Assembly (NCBI GenBank): GCA_015233675.1
Contig: JADFXH010000006.1
Location: 65,285 to 129,284, forward strand
DNA from: Candidatus Omnitrophota bacterium
Lineage (GTDB): Bacteria; Omnitrophota; Gorgyraeia; Zapsychrales; Fredricksoniimonadaceae
Reading direction: 5' to 3'
DNA: 64,000 bases
The position numbers were made by a program, and so were the translations under genes. The notes beneath the pieces were generated by a model. It saw nothing but the letters and a program-made list of their open reading frames with translations. It was not told where the DNA came from and did not search any database. Numbering within the stretch: the first letter of the stretch is position 1; every line of letters starts with the position of its first letter. Positions 7,414 to 16,616 of the stretch are shown here, piece by piece.

Positions 7414-9009
7414 GTGCCATTAATAAAAGGAGTCCCGGGTTTGTCAGACAGGTCCCATAATCTGGCTTTTACTATAATAGAACTAGTCATAGTCATTTCG
7501 GTATTGGCCAGGATGGGATCTTTCTTATATTATAAAATAGCCAATGGCAATACGGAGACGGCGAATGCCCTTGCTTTTGCTTATGTTGATGATTGTATAG
7601 AAATGATCATGTCAAAAGGAACGGGGCCTTTTAATGATTGGTTTTTTTTGCAAAGAGCGCTTAAAGGGTCAAAGAAAGAAAAAGAGGGTATTATCAAAAG
7701 AGAATTTTTGAGGAGGACCCTTTCTGGCGAAATGAATAATATTTTTAGGAAAGAAAAGATTCGGATGGGCATGGAAATTGTGGGCTTGTCGGTTGCATGG
7801 GCGGTCTATTCCGGAATCGGATATGCTTTTAACCAATGGGATCCAAGGGCCAGGCAAATGGGGTTATCAACGCAGGAAGATCGTGGAGCAGGCATGCCCC
7901 AGCTGTCCCAGACAATTGAAGATCTTATGGAAGGACCACCTTGGCAAGCCCCGCAGGCAACAGAGCCAGAACTCTCTGGGCAGACATCCCCGGAGCACCA
8001 GCCGGATGCCGACGGCAGAAAAATGAAAGAAGAAAGGCAAAAAACGAAGGCCTTTAGCAATGCGCTGGTAGGGAGGGTCAGGACAACGCTGAGAATAAGG
8101 ACGGATATAGCAGGGCCTGATCTGGACAGTTTTTATGACATCGTTGAATCATTGGCCTTGCCGGACGGTCTTCTCTCCGAAGTCATAGCGCCTTTTTCGA
8201 CCCCTGCAGAGTACTTTGAGTCCCTTCAAAGGGGCAACAGGCTGGAAGATGAGGATGTTATTGACGGGGAGGACGTTTTTCCGTCTGGTGGGTTTCCATT
8301 AAACCCCATTTATACTTTCAAGACGGGGTTGCTGACTAAGGCATGGGACGATCCAGCCAATCAAAGGAAGATCATCGATAGGATCAATAATGTTCTGGCT
8401 GACAGCCTGGAGGCCCCTGCTTATATGTATCCTGATTATCCGGGACTTTATCGGTTGCGCCTGGCAGGTCAAGGGTCTGTCGAATTGAGGGTGTATGTAA
8501 AGTCTTATAACCAAGAAGGGCAAAGAATATTGGTGATCATTGGGGTTGCCTCGAGCAATGAAGTCCATCAGAATGGAAAGAAAAGAAAATTGGAAGACGA
8601 CGTCACGGGGATCTTAGAGAAATTTAAGCCCAAGGCTGTTTATGGCACGTTCGATAAATTGCAGGCTTCCGGTCTTGATCTACAGAAAATGCAGGATGCG
8701 GCGATGGATGCGTTGGGAACCGATGAATTATCTTTTGAGGGGATACATTCTCCTTTAAATGCGATGAATAAAAATGTTAATATGGGAAATGGTGAATCGG
8801 AAATTTATAAAGGTGGTATTGACTTAAGCTCTGCCGGCATGAATTTACAAACACAAAATAACGCTGGAGGAATCAAGTTCCATCTTGATCCTGCTAAGCT
8901 AGCGCAACTTCAAAACGCCCCCGGCTTTGTGCCGGTAATCATTAATATTCAGCCAGTAACGGACCTTAGGAATTTCCTTGGGTCAGCCGATGGAAAGAGG
9001 GGGCAATAA
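7414..9009 (+). CDS. modular protein B with a pilin-like N-terminal helix, a second TM segment, a RelE/ParE-like core and the family C-terminal tag
   Basis: 531-codon ORF. A better start is TTG 7441, 8 nt after AGGAG (7428-7432), giving MSDRSHNLA|FTIIELVIVISVLA. The C-terminal GGIDLSSAGMNLQT..GGIKFHLDPAKLAQLQNAPGFVPVIINIQP matches protein A. Confidence 0.8.
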   Translation: MPLIKGVPGLSDRSHNLAFTIIELVIVISVLARMGSFLYYKIANGNTETANALAFAYVDDCIEMIMSKGTGPFNDWFFLQRALKGSKKEKEGIIKREFLRRTLSGEMNNIFRKEKIRMGMEIVGLSVAWAVYSGIGYAFNQWDPRARQMGLSTQEDRGAGMPQLSQTIEDLMEGPPWQAPQATEPELSGQTSPEHQPDADGRKMKEERQKTKAFSNALVGRVRTTLRIRTDIAGPDLDSFYDIVESLALPDGLLSEVIAPFSTPAEYFESLQRGNRLEDEDVIDGEDVFPSGGFPLNPIYTFKTGLLTKAWDDPANQRKIIDRINNVLADSLEAPAYMYPDYPGLYRLRLAGQGSVELRVYVKSYNQEGQRILVIIGVASSNEVHQNGKKRKLEDDVTGILEKFKPKAVYGTFDKLQASGLDLQKMQDAAMDALGTDELSFEGIHSPLNAMNKNVNMGNGESEIYKGGIDLSSAGMNLQTQNNAGGIKFHLDPAKLAQLQNAPGFVPVIINIQPVTDLRNFLGSADGKRGQ

Positions 9010-9045
9010 CCCTACGGAGTTGAAGAGAATATAAGTTTATGGTTG

Positions 9046-9074
9046 TTGACCGCGAGCCTTCAGGATGATAAAAT
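9046..9074 (+). promoter_or_regulatory. sigma70-type promoter candidate (TTGACC-17-TAAAAT) reading into the repeat region and tRNA-Pro
   Basis: TTGACC at 9046-9051, 17-nt spacer, TAAAAT at 9069-9074. Confidence 0.4.
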
Positions 9075-9100
9075 ATCGCCCTTGTATAACAACAAAGATA

Positions 9101-9490
9101 TTCGGGAAGGCAAGACGGCCTGCGGAAGGCAAACTTTCTGGGAAAGAATTAAGGAGGTTTGCACATCTCCCGGAGTTTTTCTCTATTGATCCCTGAAGGT
9201 TGTTCTTTTAAAGTCTGAGGAAGCGCAAACGGAAGGTAAACTTTCCTAAAAAAGAATTGTGGAAGTTTCCACATCTCCCGAAGCCTTTCTAAAAAAAATT
9301 ATTTCTGAATTCGGGGGGCAAACGGAAGGCAAACTTTCTGGGAAAGAATTAAGGAGGTTTGCACATCTCTCGAAATTTTTCTCTATTGATCTCTGAAGGT
9401 TGTTCTTTTAAAGTCTGAGGAAGCGCAAACGGAAGGTAAACTTTCCTAAAAAAGAATTGTGGAAGTTTACACATCTCCCGAAGCCTTTCT
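9101..9490 (+). repeat. 2 x 200-bp tandem non-coding repeat containing four copies of a ~52-nt structured motif
   Basis: 9123-9290 and 9323-9490 differ at 5 of 168 positions. The submotif GGAAGG(C/T)AAACTTTC..AAAGAATT..GGA(G/A)GTTT(G/C/A)CACATCTC(C/T)CG starts at about 9124, 9231, 9324 and 9431. Confidence 0.9.
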
Positions 9491-9522
9491 AGATGTAATT
9501 CTGATTAGTTTATGGTAGCTTT

Positions 9523-9596
<74 letters not shown>

Positions 9597-9880
9597 CTTT
9601 TTAGAATTTTCGGCTTCGGATGAGTCCTGTGGAATTTTCGAGAGATTAATTTTATAAAAGAATAAAGATTTTTTTGGATGCGTTGTAAATGTATATCCCC
9701 CAATATGTTGTCTAATCTTGATTAGGCGCCCCCGAGTTTGACAACCCTAAAATATGTGTTACCTTTTAGTAAGGTAACGCTTTCTCTAATCTATTCATTA
9801 TAAATTTTTCTTAGCTTCCCATTAAGTTCCCTGTCTTTATCCCAAAGAGGGGGCGCAGGGAAGTCCAAAAAGGACAAATA

Positions 9881-12800
9881 ATGTTTAAACGTTTTATTGC
9901 TTCGTTTGTTTGTCTTACCTTTATTTTTAGTAATTTCCAATATGCCCATGCTCAGGACTTTAGCATTAATCAACTTCCCGTGCCCGGGACAATGGTGGGG
10001 GTTTCCGCACCGTTTGCGCCTTTGACCTTAAAAGGACTGATCGTCAATCCCCAAAAACCGCTTGAGTTTCAATTTATCATTGATACCGGCCGCGGCCCGC
10101 AGGCCACCGCGGCAGTTAAAGATCAAGCCAATCAATTAGTTAAATATTTTTTAGTCGGACTGACCATCCCCGAAGGTGATCTGTGGGTCAACTTATCACC
10201 TTATGAAAAAGACCGCATGGTCCCTCAAGCTTTAGGCCAAACGGATTTGGGACGGGATTTACTAGCCCAAGACTATATCCTCAAGCAGTTGACCGCTTCT
10301 CTAATTTATCCGGAGAGAGATTTAGGCAAAGAATTCTGGAGCAGGGTATACGCAAAAGCCCAAGTGCAGTTTGGCACAACTAATGTTCCTGTTAACACCT
10401 TTAATAAGGTATGGATATTGCCTGATCAGGCGCAGGTGTTTGAAAATGTGAATGCTGCTTATGTTACCCAATCAACTTTAAAGGTGATGTTGGATGAGGA
10501 TTATTTAGCATTGGGGAAGAATAATTCCCCCCGCCCTAACCCTCCCCACCAGGGGGAGGGAAATGACACTCATACCTTTGCTTCACAAATCGTCCGTCAA
10601 ATCGTCCTTCCGGAAATTGAAAAAGAAGTCAACACCGGCAAGAATTTTGGGCCGTTACGCCAAATCTATCAAGCCCTGATCTTAGCTAAATGGTATAAGG
10701 AAACTATTCAAAACGGCCTTTTGGATGCGGTCTACACCAATAAGAAGAAGGTTGCCGGGGTCAACTTAGAAGATCCTGCGGTCAAAGAGCAGATTTATAA
10801 TCGATACCTCCAAGCCTACAAGAAGGGGGCGTTTAACTATATTAAAGAAAGCCCAACACCTGACGGGCAGGTTGTGCCGAGGAAGTATTTTTCGGGTGGG
10901 ACTCAAATGCGTATACCTTTTCTTAGCAGAACTCATGATGAAGCTATGCTATCAAAGCGGAAAATCGGGACTTTGTTGGCATTGACAATTTCTTTGACTG
11001 TATTGATGCCATCTGGGGCAGCATATGCTAATTATCAGAAGCATGTGCCTACGTCAAATCATCAACATCTTTCTCAAAAACAAGGCGAAAAGATCGTAAA
11101 TGAATTAGTGCAGGATATTAAACATGACAACCCATACACTAACGGCTTATTATTTGTCGGGAATGTTAAGAAGACTGACAAGGGGTATTTCTTATTAAAA
11201 AGTACCGATGTGATGATTGATACGCCTAAGACAAAGGGGATTTTATATATTTCACCAGATGTTGTAGCTGAAGTGGGAAAGAATTATATGGGGCCTAGGG
11301 TTAATTCCTTTGTTACCTTAGCCAATTTTCCTTCCCATATTGAGTATAGAAAAATGATGGTTAAATTGACAACTTTATCTAATCCGCCAGCTGTTCGCAT
11401 TGCTGCTGCAGTGGCTTTACGAAGAATGCCTGGTTCCAGCCTGATTCCGGATCTTATAAATATGTTGAAAGACCCTAATCCAGATGTACGGCTTGCGGGG
11501 GTTATAGCATTAGGCAGTAATGCGTTTGAGGTAGAAATTGGTGCTTTTCAGGAAAATGGACGTAAACTTCCGAGTAAGATCCTTTTACCATATTCGAATA
11601 ATCAGGTTTTTTCTGCCCTTGAAAGTTATTTGAAATTAGGGGTAAGAAATGATGACATGCCATTTATTTTAGAGACCTTGGTGAATCTTAGACCAGCTTT
11701 ATCAAAATCAAAAGTTGCCCATGATCTGATTAGGACCGTCCCTGTGGTGACCAGTCCCGATAAAGACATGGAAGGGTTTTTGCGACAAAGTTATTATCGG
11801 TTAAAAACAGGTCTCGCTGATAACGCCATGGCTAGTAACAGGCCCATTTTGCGTAAATTCGTAACTGGAGCGCTTGCTGCTGTATTATTAGCAGGGACTA
11901 CAGCAGAACCTGTTTTAGCACAAAGTAATGCGTTAACTATTTCTTCGACAGCGCCGATATCAGGATATTCTGTTGATAAACAAAAGGGAGAAGAAATAAC
12001 GTCTCTAGCTTCCGATCAACAGTGGCAAGCCAGAGGCGAAGAAGTAATAGATCAATTAGTAAAAGATATTGGAGATAGTCTTAAAAATTTAAATTGGCGC
12101 ATAGATGCCATAGTAGTCGATGCTAATTGGAAATACCCATTGCTTAAAAGTACTGATGTGTATATTAAAAGATCGGATGGTTCAATAGCTATTTTTAAAC
12201 CAGGACCAGGGGCATTAAGGGAGGAGGGGAAAAGCTATTGCGGAGCAAATACCGATCCTTTTATAACTTTGGCCAATTTCCCCCCGTTACCAGAATTTAG
12301 GAATAAGTTGGTGCGCTTGCTAAGTTCTCCTATTCCTGCAGTACGAGCGGCAGCTGCAATAAGCTTACGGGGAATGCCGGATAGAACCCTTATTCCACAT
12401 CTAGTTAAATTATTGGGAGATTCAAATCCCGATGTCCGCCTTGCTGCGGTCATAGCATTGGGCAGCACTGAAAGTGATATTAAACGAACATCCTCAGAGA
12501 AAGACCCTCAAAAATTATTTCTTGGGTTATTGAATCCCTATGATAATGAGACGGTGTTTTTTGCTTTGAAGAAATATATCAAAGGTGGAGTTAGAAATAA
12601 AGATGTTCCGATTATCCTAGAAACTTTAATTAATCTGCAAATTAATTCGCATGAAGACGGGTTTTTCCAGATAGTCCCAAAAGTTGATAGCCATGATAAA
12701 AACATGGAGAAATATTTGCAAAAATCTTATCTTCTGTTGAAAAGTAATATTCTTTCAAACAAACAGTCAACTTTTGAAGAATTAGGAGAGGCTGCGGGGC

Positions 12801-15319
12801 GAGGCGATCTTATGAAGGTTAAATTCTATATCGCCCACGGAGTTAATATCAATGGGAAGGATCAATTTGGCTGGACGCCTTTGATGTATGCGTCTAAATA
12901 TAATAATGAAGACGTAGTGAAGTTCCTTTTAAATCATGGTGCAGACGTTAATCTTAAGAATCATGACGCAAATACGGCTTTAATTGAAGCATCTTTTCAG
13001 GGGAATAGAAATATTGTGGAACTATTGTTAGATAAAGGGGCTAAAATTAACGCGAAAGATAAGAATGGGTACACTCCGTTGATATCTGCTTGTATATCTT
13101 CTGCAGACAATGTTGTAGAATTGCTGATTGATGGAGGAGCAAATATTAATGCCAAAGATACGAGGGGTTGGACAGCACTGAGGTGGGTACGTAATCAATT
13201 GAATGTGTTTCATGGCCCCAATATTGATGCCAAAAACAACCGTATCTTAACAATCCTCTTATCGCATGGAGCGAAGGATAATGCCATGTTCAGCCCAAGT
13301 TCTATATTGCGTAAGCTGGTAAATGGGTTGTTTGTCTCATTATTATTAGTAGGAATTATAACAAAACCGGGTTTGGCACAAAGCAATAGTTTTCCTCAAG
13401 CTTCAAGTAATTCAAAGACGCAAGCCAGTAAGAATTCTGATCCTGCATATGTTAAAGCACAGATTGATCAGTTTATGGCAAAAGCTAAAGGCAGTTTAGA
13501 TAAAATTTTGGATAGTCAGTCTTTTAAGCATATGAAAGATGTAAAAGGGGTGTTAGAACTTCAAGAATATATGGTTAAATCCGGTTATAATTTTGATAAT
13601 TTTCTTGGGACAACTCCAAGAGCAGATGAATTAATAAAGATGGGAAAATCAGCAGTTCCTGTGCTCAGGACTTATTTAAGCAATCCAGATAGAAGTATTC
13701 GTATGCTTAGCACAGGAGCGTTAGCGTTTATTTCTGATAAGAGCGCTGTTAATGATTTAAAAAAGTTGGCAAGCTCAGATCCTGAATGGATTGTTAGAGC
13801 ATTTTCTGTTTACGGGGTAATTTCTTCAACAAAATCAGAGGAATCTGTGCCTTATGGTTTAGATATTTTACGGGGGAAAGACCCCTTTATTGTTAAAGTG
13901 TTTGCAATTAATGCGATGAACAGCTATGGAGGAGGAGTTGCTACAGATGCTTTCTTAAAAGAGCTTAAAGGAAGCAGCGATGATATGTGGCTTTCGGCAG
14001 TTTTCGGATTAGGGTTATCTGCAGGGATTGAATTTCGAGCGGGTGAATTTAACGAAACAATGAAGGTGGCCTCTTTAATAGAGGCCTTAAAACAAAGTGG
14101 AATTGATATTCCGGTTGCAGATACTCCTATTGACTCATTGAATGAGTTATTAACAGATCAAAACTTGTTCAAAGTTATGAAAGTGCGGCCGGCAGAAACT
14201 CTGCCTCCCATTATGGGGCAATTAGAACAGGGAAGACAATTGGATCCTTCAGATATTATTAGGTTGAATAGGATTCTAATAGAGGCCAATTATCCATTGC
14301 AAACTCCTAAGAATAAAACATTGTCTCTGCTATTAGGGTCATTAGAAAGTTCAAATTCCAGAGTTCGAGCAGGCGCAATTGTGACTTTGAATGAAAGTAA
14401 TAATGAAGATATATTACTTCGCAGAGAAAACAATTCAGACCAAGACTTTAATGCCTTAAATATTATGTTAAACAGTAAAAATGAGGATGTTCGAGCTCTA
14501 TGTTTGGTGGCGATAGTAAAGTATTCGCCAAAATCAAAAGCAAAAGGAGTTCTTAAAAAGACTTTGAATGATCCAAGTCAAAAATTAAGAAGTGTGGCAA
14601 AACAGCTGTTAAAAGATATTGATGAGCCAGACAATGCAATGCTTATGGAAACGGCATTAAAACAAACCCAAGATACGGCGATGAACGCGACCGTGCGCTT
14701 GAAAAAAGGAGGGGATGTTGCAAGGAAGGTTTATGAACAAACATACACAGTATTAGAAGAATTATATGCGCGGCATGATTTTGACAAGGTAGCAAGGTTT
14801 CTTCTTTTATTGGCATCAAGAAAGCTTGTATTTCCTGAAGGTGAAAAGGACAGGCTGCAGAGCCGTAACGTTCTCCTTTTACAGCTCGAAGGTGAAGGTT
14901 TTGTTAACGAGATTATGTCGATTCTTAAGGATAGTGGTGCTGCCGTATTTGAGGGGGAGCCGACACTTGCTGGTGTCCGTAGCATAGAAGTGTCTGAGGA
15001 TGTTGTGAAAGTTCTACGTGCCGGATTGTATTCTATGAACCGTAGTGATAACTATGGTTTGCAAGACCCTCGGGATCTTACGGTTCCTGATGGAGCGATG
15101 ATAGGCAATAATACAGGTGGTATAGATCTTAACCAAATTAACGTCTTACACAATGGCAAGACAGTTAATGTCCAATTTGACCCCGCGCAATTATATGAAC
15201 TCATGCAGGGAGGGTTTGAAGGTTTTTCGCCGGTTATTATTAATATTACGCCTATTCAAAGTCCGTTGCCGTTGTTGGGTATCGGTACGGTCAATGAAGG
15301 GGGCTTGGCCAAAGTATAG
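9881..15319 (+). CDS. giant modular secreted protein C. Order: signal peptide, family N-terminal domain, three HEAT-repeat modules each with its own internal signal-peptide-like segment (ankyrin repeats sit in the second), a fourth module, divergent family C-terminal tag
   Basis: Uninterrupted 1812-codon ORF. MFKRFIASFVCLTFIFSNFQYAHA|QDF signal. N-domain homologous to protein A (LWVNLSPYEKDR, NTFNKVWI.P, PRKYFSGG). PBS-lyase-type HEAT motifs (P.VR.AA..AL, D.NPDVRLA.VIALG). ANK repeats at about 12790-13200. C-terminal GGIDLN..FDPAQL..GF.PVIINI.P. Confidence 0.9.
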   Translation: MFKRFIASFVCLTFIFSNFQYAHAQDFSINQLPVPGTMVGVSAPFAPLTLKGLIVNPQKPLEFQFIIDTGRGPQATAAVKDQANQLVKYFLVGLTIPEGDLWVNLSPYEKDRMVPQALGQTDLGRDLLAQDYILKQLTASLIYPERDLGKEFWSRVYAKAQVQFGTTNVPVNTFNKVWILPDQAQVFENVNAAYVTQSTLKVMLDEDYLALGKNNSPRPNPPHQGEGNDTHTFASQIVRQIVLPEIEKEVNTGKNFGPLRQIYQALILAKWYKETIQNGLLDAVYTNKKKVAGVNLEDPAVKEQIYNRYLQAYKKGAFNYIKESPTPDGQVVPRKYFSGGTQMRIPFLSRTHDEAMLSKRKIGTLLALTISLTVLMPSGAAYANYQKHVPTSNHQHLSQKQGEKIVNELVQDIKHDNPYTNGLLFVGNVKKTDKGYFLLKSTDVMIDTPKTKGILYISPDVVAEVGKNYMGPRVNSFVTLANFPSHIEYRKMMVKLTTLSNPPAVRIAAAVALRRMPGSSLIPDLINMLKDPNPDVRLAGVIALGSNAFEVEIGAFQENGRKLPSKILLPYSNNQVFSALESYLKLGVRNDDMPFILETLVNLRPALSKSKVAHDLIRTVPVVTSPDKDMEGFLRQSYYRLKTGLADNAMASNRPILRKFVTGALAAVLLAGTTAEPVLAQSNALTISSTAPISGYSVDKQKGEEITSLASDQQWQARGEEVIDQLVKDIGDSLKNLNWRIDAIVVDANWKYPLLKSTDVYIKRSDGSIAIFKPGPGALREEGKSYCGANTDPFITLANFPPLPEFRNKLVRLLSSPIPAVRAAAAISLRGMPDRTLIPHLVKLLGDSNPDVRLAAVIALGSTESDIKRTSSEKDPQKLFLGLLNPYDNETVFFALKKYIKGGVRNKDVPIILETLINLQINSHEDGFFQIVPKVDSHDKNMEKYLQKSYLLLKSNILSNKQSTFEELGEAAGRGDLMKVKFYIAHGVNINGKDQFGWTPLMYASKYNNEDVVKFLLNHGADVNLKNHDANTALIEASFQGNRNIVELLLDKGAKINAKDKNGYTPLISACISSADNVVELLIDGGANINAKDTRGWTALRWVRNQLNVFHGPNIDAKNNRILTILLSHGAKDNAMFSPSSILRKLVNGLFVSLLLVGIITKPGLAQSNSFPQASSNSKTQASKNSDPAYVKAQIDQFMAKAKGSLDKILDSQSFKHMKDVKGVLELQEYMVKSGYNFDNFLGTTPRADELIKMGKSAVPVLRTYLSNPDRSIRMLSTGALAFISDKSAVNDLKKLASSDPEWIVRAFSVYGVISSTKSEESVPYGLDILRGKDPFIVKVFAINAMNSYGGGVATDAFLKELKGSSDDMWLSAVFGLGLSAGIEFRAGEFNETMKVASLIEALKQSGIDIPVADTPIDSLNELLTDQNLFKVMKVRPAETLPPIMGQLEQGRQLDPSDIIRLNRILIEANYPLQTPKNKTLSLLLGSLESSNSRVRAGAIVTLNESNNEDILLRRENNSDQDFNALNIMLNSKNEDVRALCLVAIVKYSPKSKAKGVLKKTLNDPSQKLRSVAKQLLKDIDEPDNAMLMETALKQTQDTAMNATVRLKKGGDVARKVYEQTYTVLEELYARHDFDKVARFLLLLASRKLVFPEGEKDRLQSRNVLLLQLEGEGFVNEIMSILKDSGAAVFEGEPTLAGVRSIEVSEDVVKVLRAGLYSMNRSDNYGLQDPRDLTVPDGAMIGNNTGGIDLNQINVLHNGKTVNVQFDPAQLYELMQGGFEGFSPVIINITPIQSPLPLLGIGTVNEGGLAKV
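10520..10567. repeat. in-frame G/C palindromic element (AATAATTCCCC..CCCTCCCC-ACCA-GGGGGAGGGAAATGAC)
   Basis: Hairpin at 10540-10560. The same element with the same AATAATTCCCC flank lies intergenically at 29917-29955. It translates as NSPRPNPPHQGEGND. Confidence 0.8.
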
Positions 15320-15440
15320 AGAGAGAATTTGTTGTTCTTCATTTCCCGCCCCCTGTGGGAGACTTAGGGAGGGGGCATCGACGCGAATAAGTAGATGAAT
15401 AAGTTTTGCTCAAGATTGCTATTTATGATATTTTTAAATC

Positions 15441-16325
15441 ATGAATGGACGGCCTATACTTATATTTTGGTTTGGATTAGGCGTTTTAATACAGGCAATT
15501 TTACTGATCCAAAGCGATTTAAAATGGGGGAAACTCGCCGGCTGCGTTGGGCTTGGGCTCTGCGGGATGTTGCCCGGGAAACATGAATATAATTATGAAT
15601 TGTTGCCCCATATATTTATTTGTTTTTGTTTATTTGCTGTTAGCTTTGCCATGTTCTTCAAAGAAGATATTTTGCCTGTCATTAGTGAAAAAGTTCTTTT
15701 GTCCTACTCGTTAATATTCTGGTTTTCATTTTTTTCGTATTTTTATAAAGATGCATTTATACACAAGTTTTTATTCTTTCTATTCTTGATCCCAAGTTTG
15801 GCTACTGTTTTTATTGCTTTTATAAAATTAAAATTGAATTTTTGGGGGAAATTATTCTTTTATTCCTGGTTTCTGATCATTGTTGTTGCTTTGGGGCTGT
15901 TCAGGTTTTCCTTTAGCCATTTTTCTTTATTTTTTGATGAACAGCATGTCCCGTGGTTCGGCCCCATCGATTGCGCATTAACAGGAATGGCTTTCTTGTA
16001 TATTATTGTTAACGCCACGTATATATGGGAGCTTATTCCGCTGCGAGGGAAAAATCAATCTTGGAAAAACAGGATGAAAGAATGGCATGAATTAACCAGC
16101 CTTATGACACAGCGCTGTGATGGTCAACAGCCTACACACTTACAAACGATATTGATTCTTGTTTTGCAGGGAGGCGGATTGTTTATTAATTATCTATATC
16201 ATTTAATTCCCGCTGATTTGGTTGTCAATGTGTTAATTTTGCTCCCAGCAGTTTTGTTGATGGGTAACAGTACGACAAAAATAGCGCTGCAAGGCTCTAT
16301 GGAAGCAATGTCTAAAGAAATATAG
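15441..16325 (+). CDS. polytopic integral membrane protein, unknown function
   Basis: 294-codon ORF with about 8 hydrophobic segments. No family recognised. Confidence 0.6.
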   Translation: MNGRPILIFWFGLGVLIQAILLIQSDLKWGKLAGCVGLGLCGMLPGKHEYNYELLPHIFICFCLFAVSFAMFFKEDILPVISEKVLLSYSLIFWFSFFSYFYKDAFIHKFLFFLFLIPSLATVFIAFIKLKLNFWGKLFFYSWFLIIVVALGLFRFSFSHFSLFFDEQHVPWFGPIDCALTGMAFLYIIVNATYIWELIPLRGKNQSWKNRMKEWHELTSLMTQRCDGQQPTHLQTILILVLQGGGLFINYLYHLIPADLVVNVLILLPAVLLMGNSTTKIALQGSMEAMSKEI

Positions 16326-16334
16326 CATTTTGAT

Positions 16335-16616
16335 ATGAATGAGGTCATTATGGTTCGAGCCCATATCCATTTCTTCGGCACTGTTCAGGGTGTCGGTTTC
16401 CGCTACACCACTTTATCTTTTGCCCGGCAATTGTCTCTGACCGGGTGGGTTAAAAATTTATCCGACGGCAGTGTGCAGGCGACTGTTGAGGGCACCCGCG
16501 AAAAAATCGAAGAGCTTTTATCAAAATTAGAAGATCAGTTTGGTTCTTTTATCCGTGACCGGAAAGTCGAGTGGCTGGATACGAGAAGAGAATTTGAAAC
16601 ATTTTCTATTATATGA
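16335..16616 (+). CDS. acyP: acylphosphatase
   Basis: V.GTVQGVGFRYTT motif and ..GWV.N..DGSV....EG; ~90 aa. The start may be ATG 16353. There is a 4-nt overlap with ligA. Confidence 0.85.
   Translation: MNEVIMVRAHIHFFGTVQGVGFRYTTLSFARQLSLTGWVKNLSDGSVQATVEGTREKIEELLSKLEDQFGSFIRDRKVEWLDTRREFETFSII

Noticed and set aside
9101-9490. Possible CRISPR array (regularly spaced repeats)
   Set aside because: There are only two 200-bp units. The 'spacers' between the ~52-nt motifs are themselves duplicated almost perfectly. The repeats are too long and structured, and no cas genes are nearby.
15343-15373. Rho-independent terminator after protein C
   Set aside because: A GCCCCCT...AGGGGGC stem exists, but the loop is 15 nt and no T-tract follows. 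It is more likely a member of the G/C palindrome family than a classical terminator.
15153-15586. ORFs 15153-15398 and 15395-15586
   Set aside because: The first overlaps the conserved C-terminal tag of protein C out of frame. The second overlaps the start of the membrane protein gene at 15441. Neither has motifs or an RBS.
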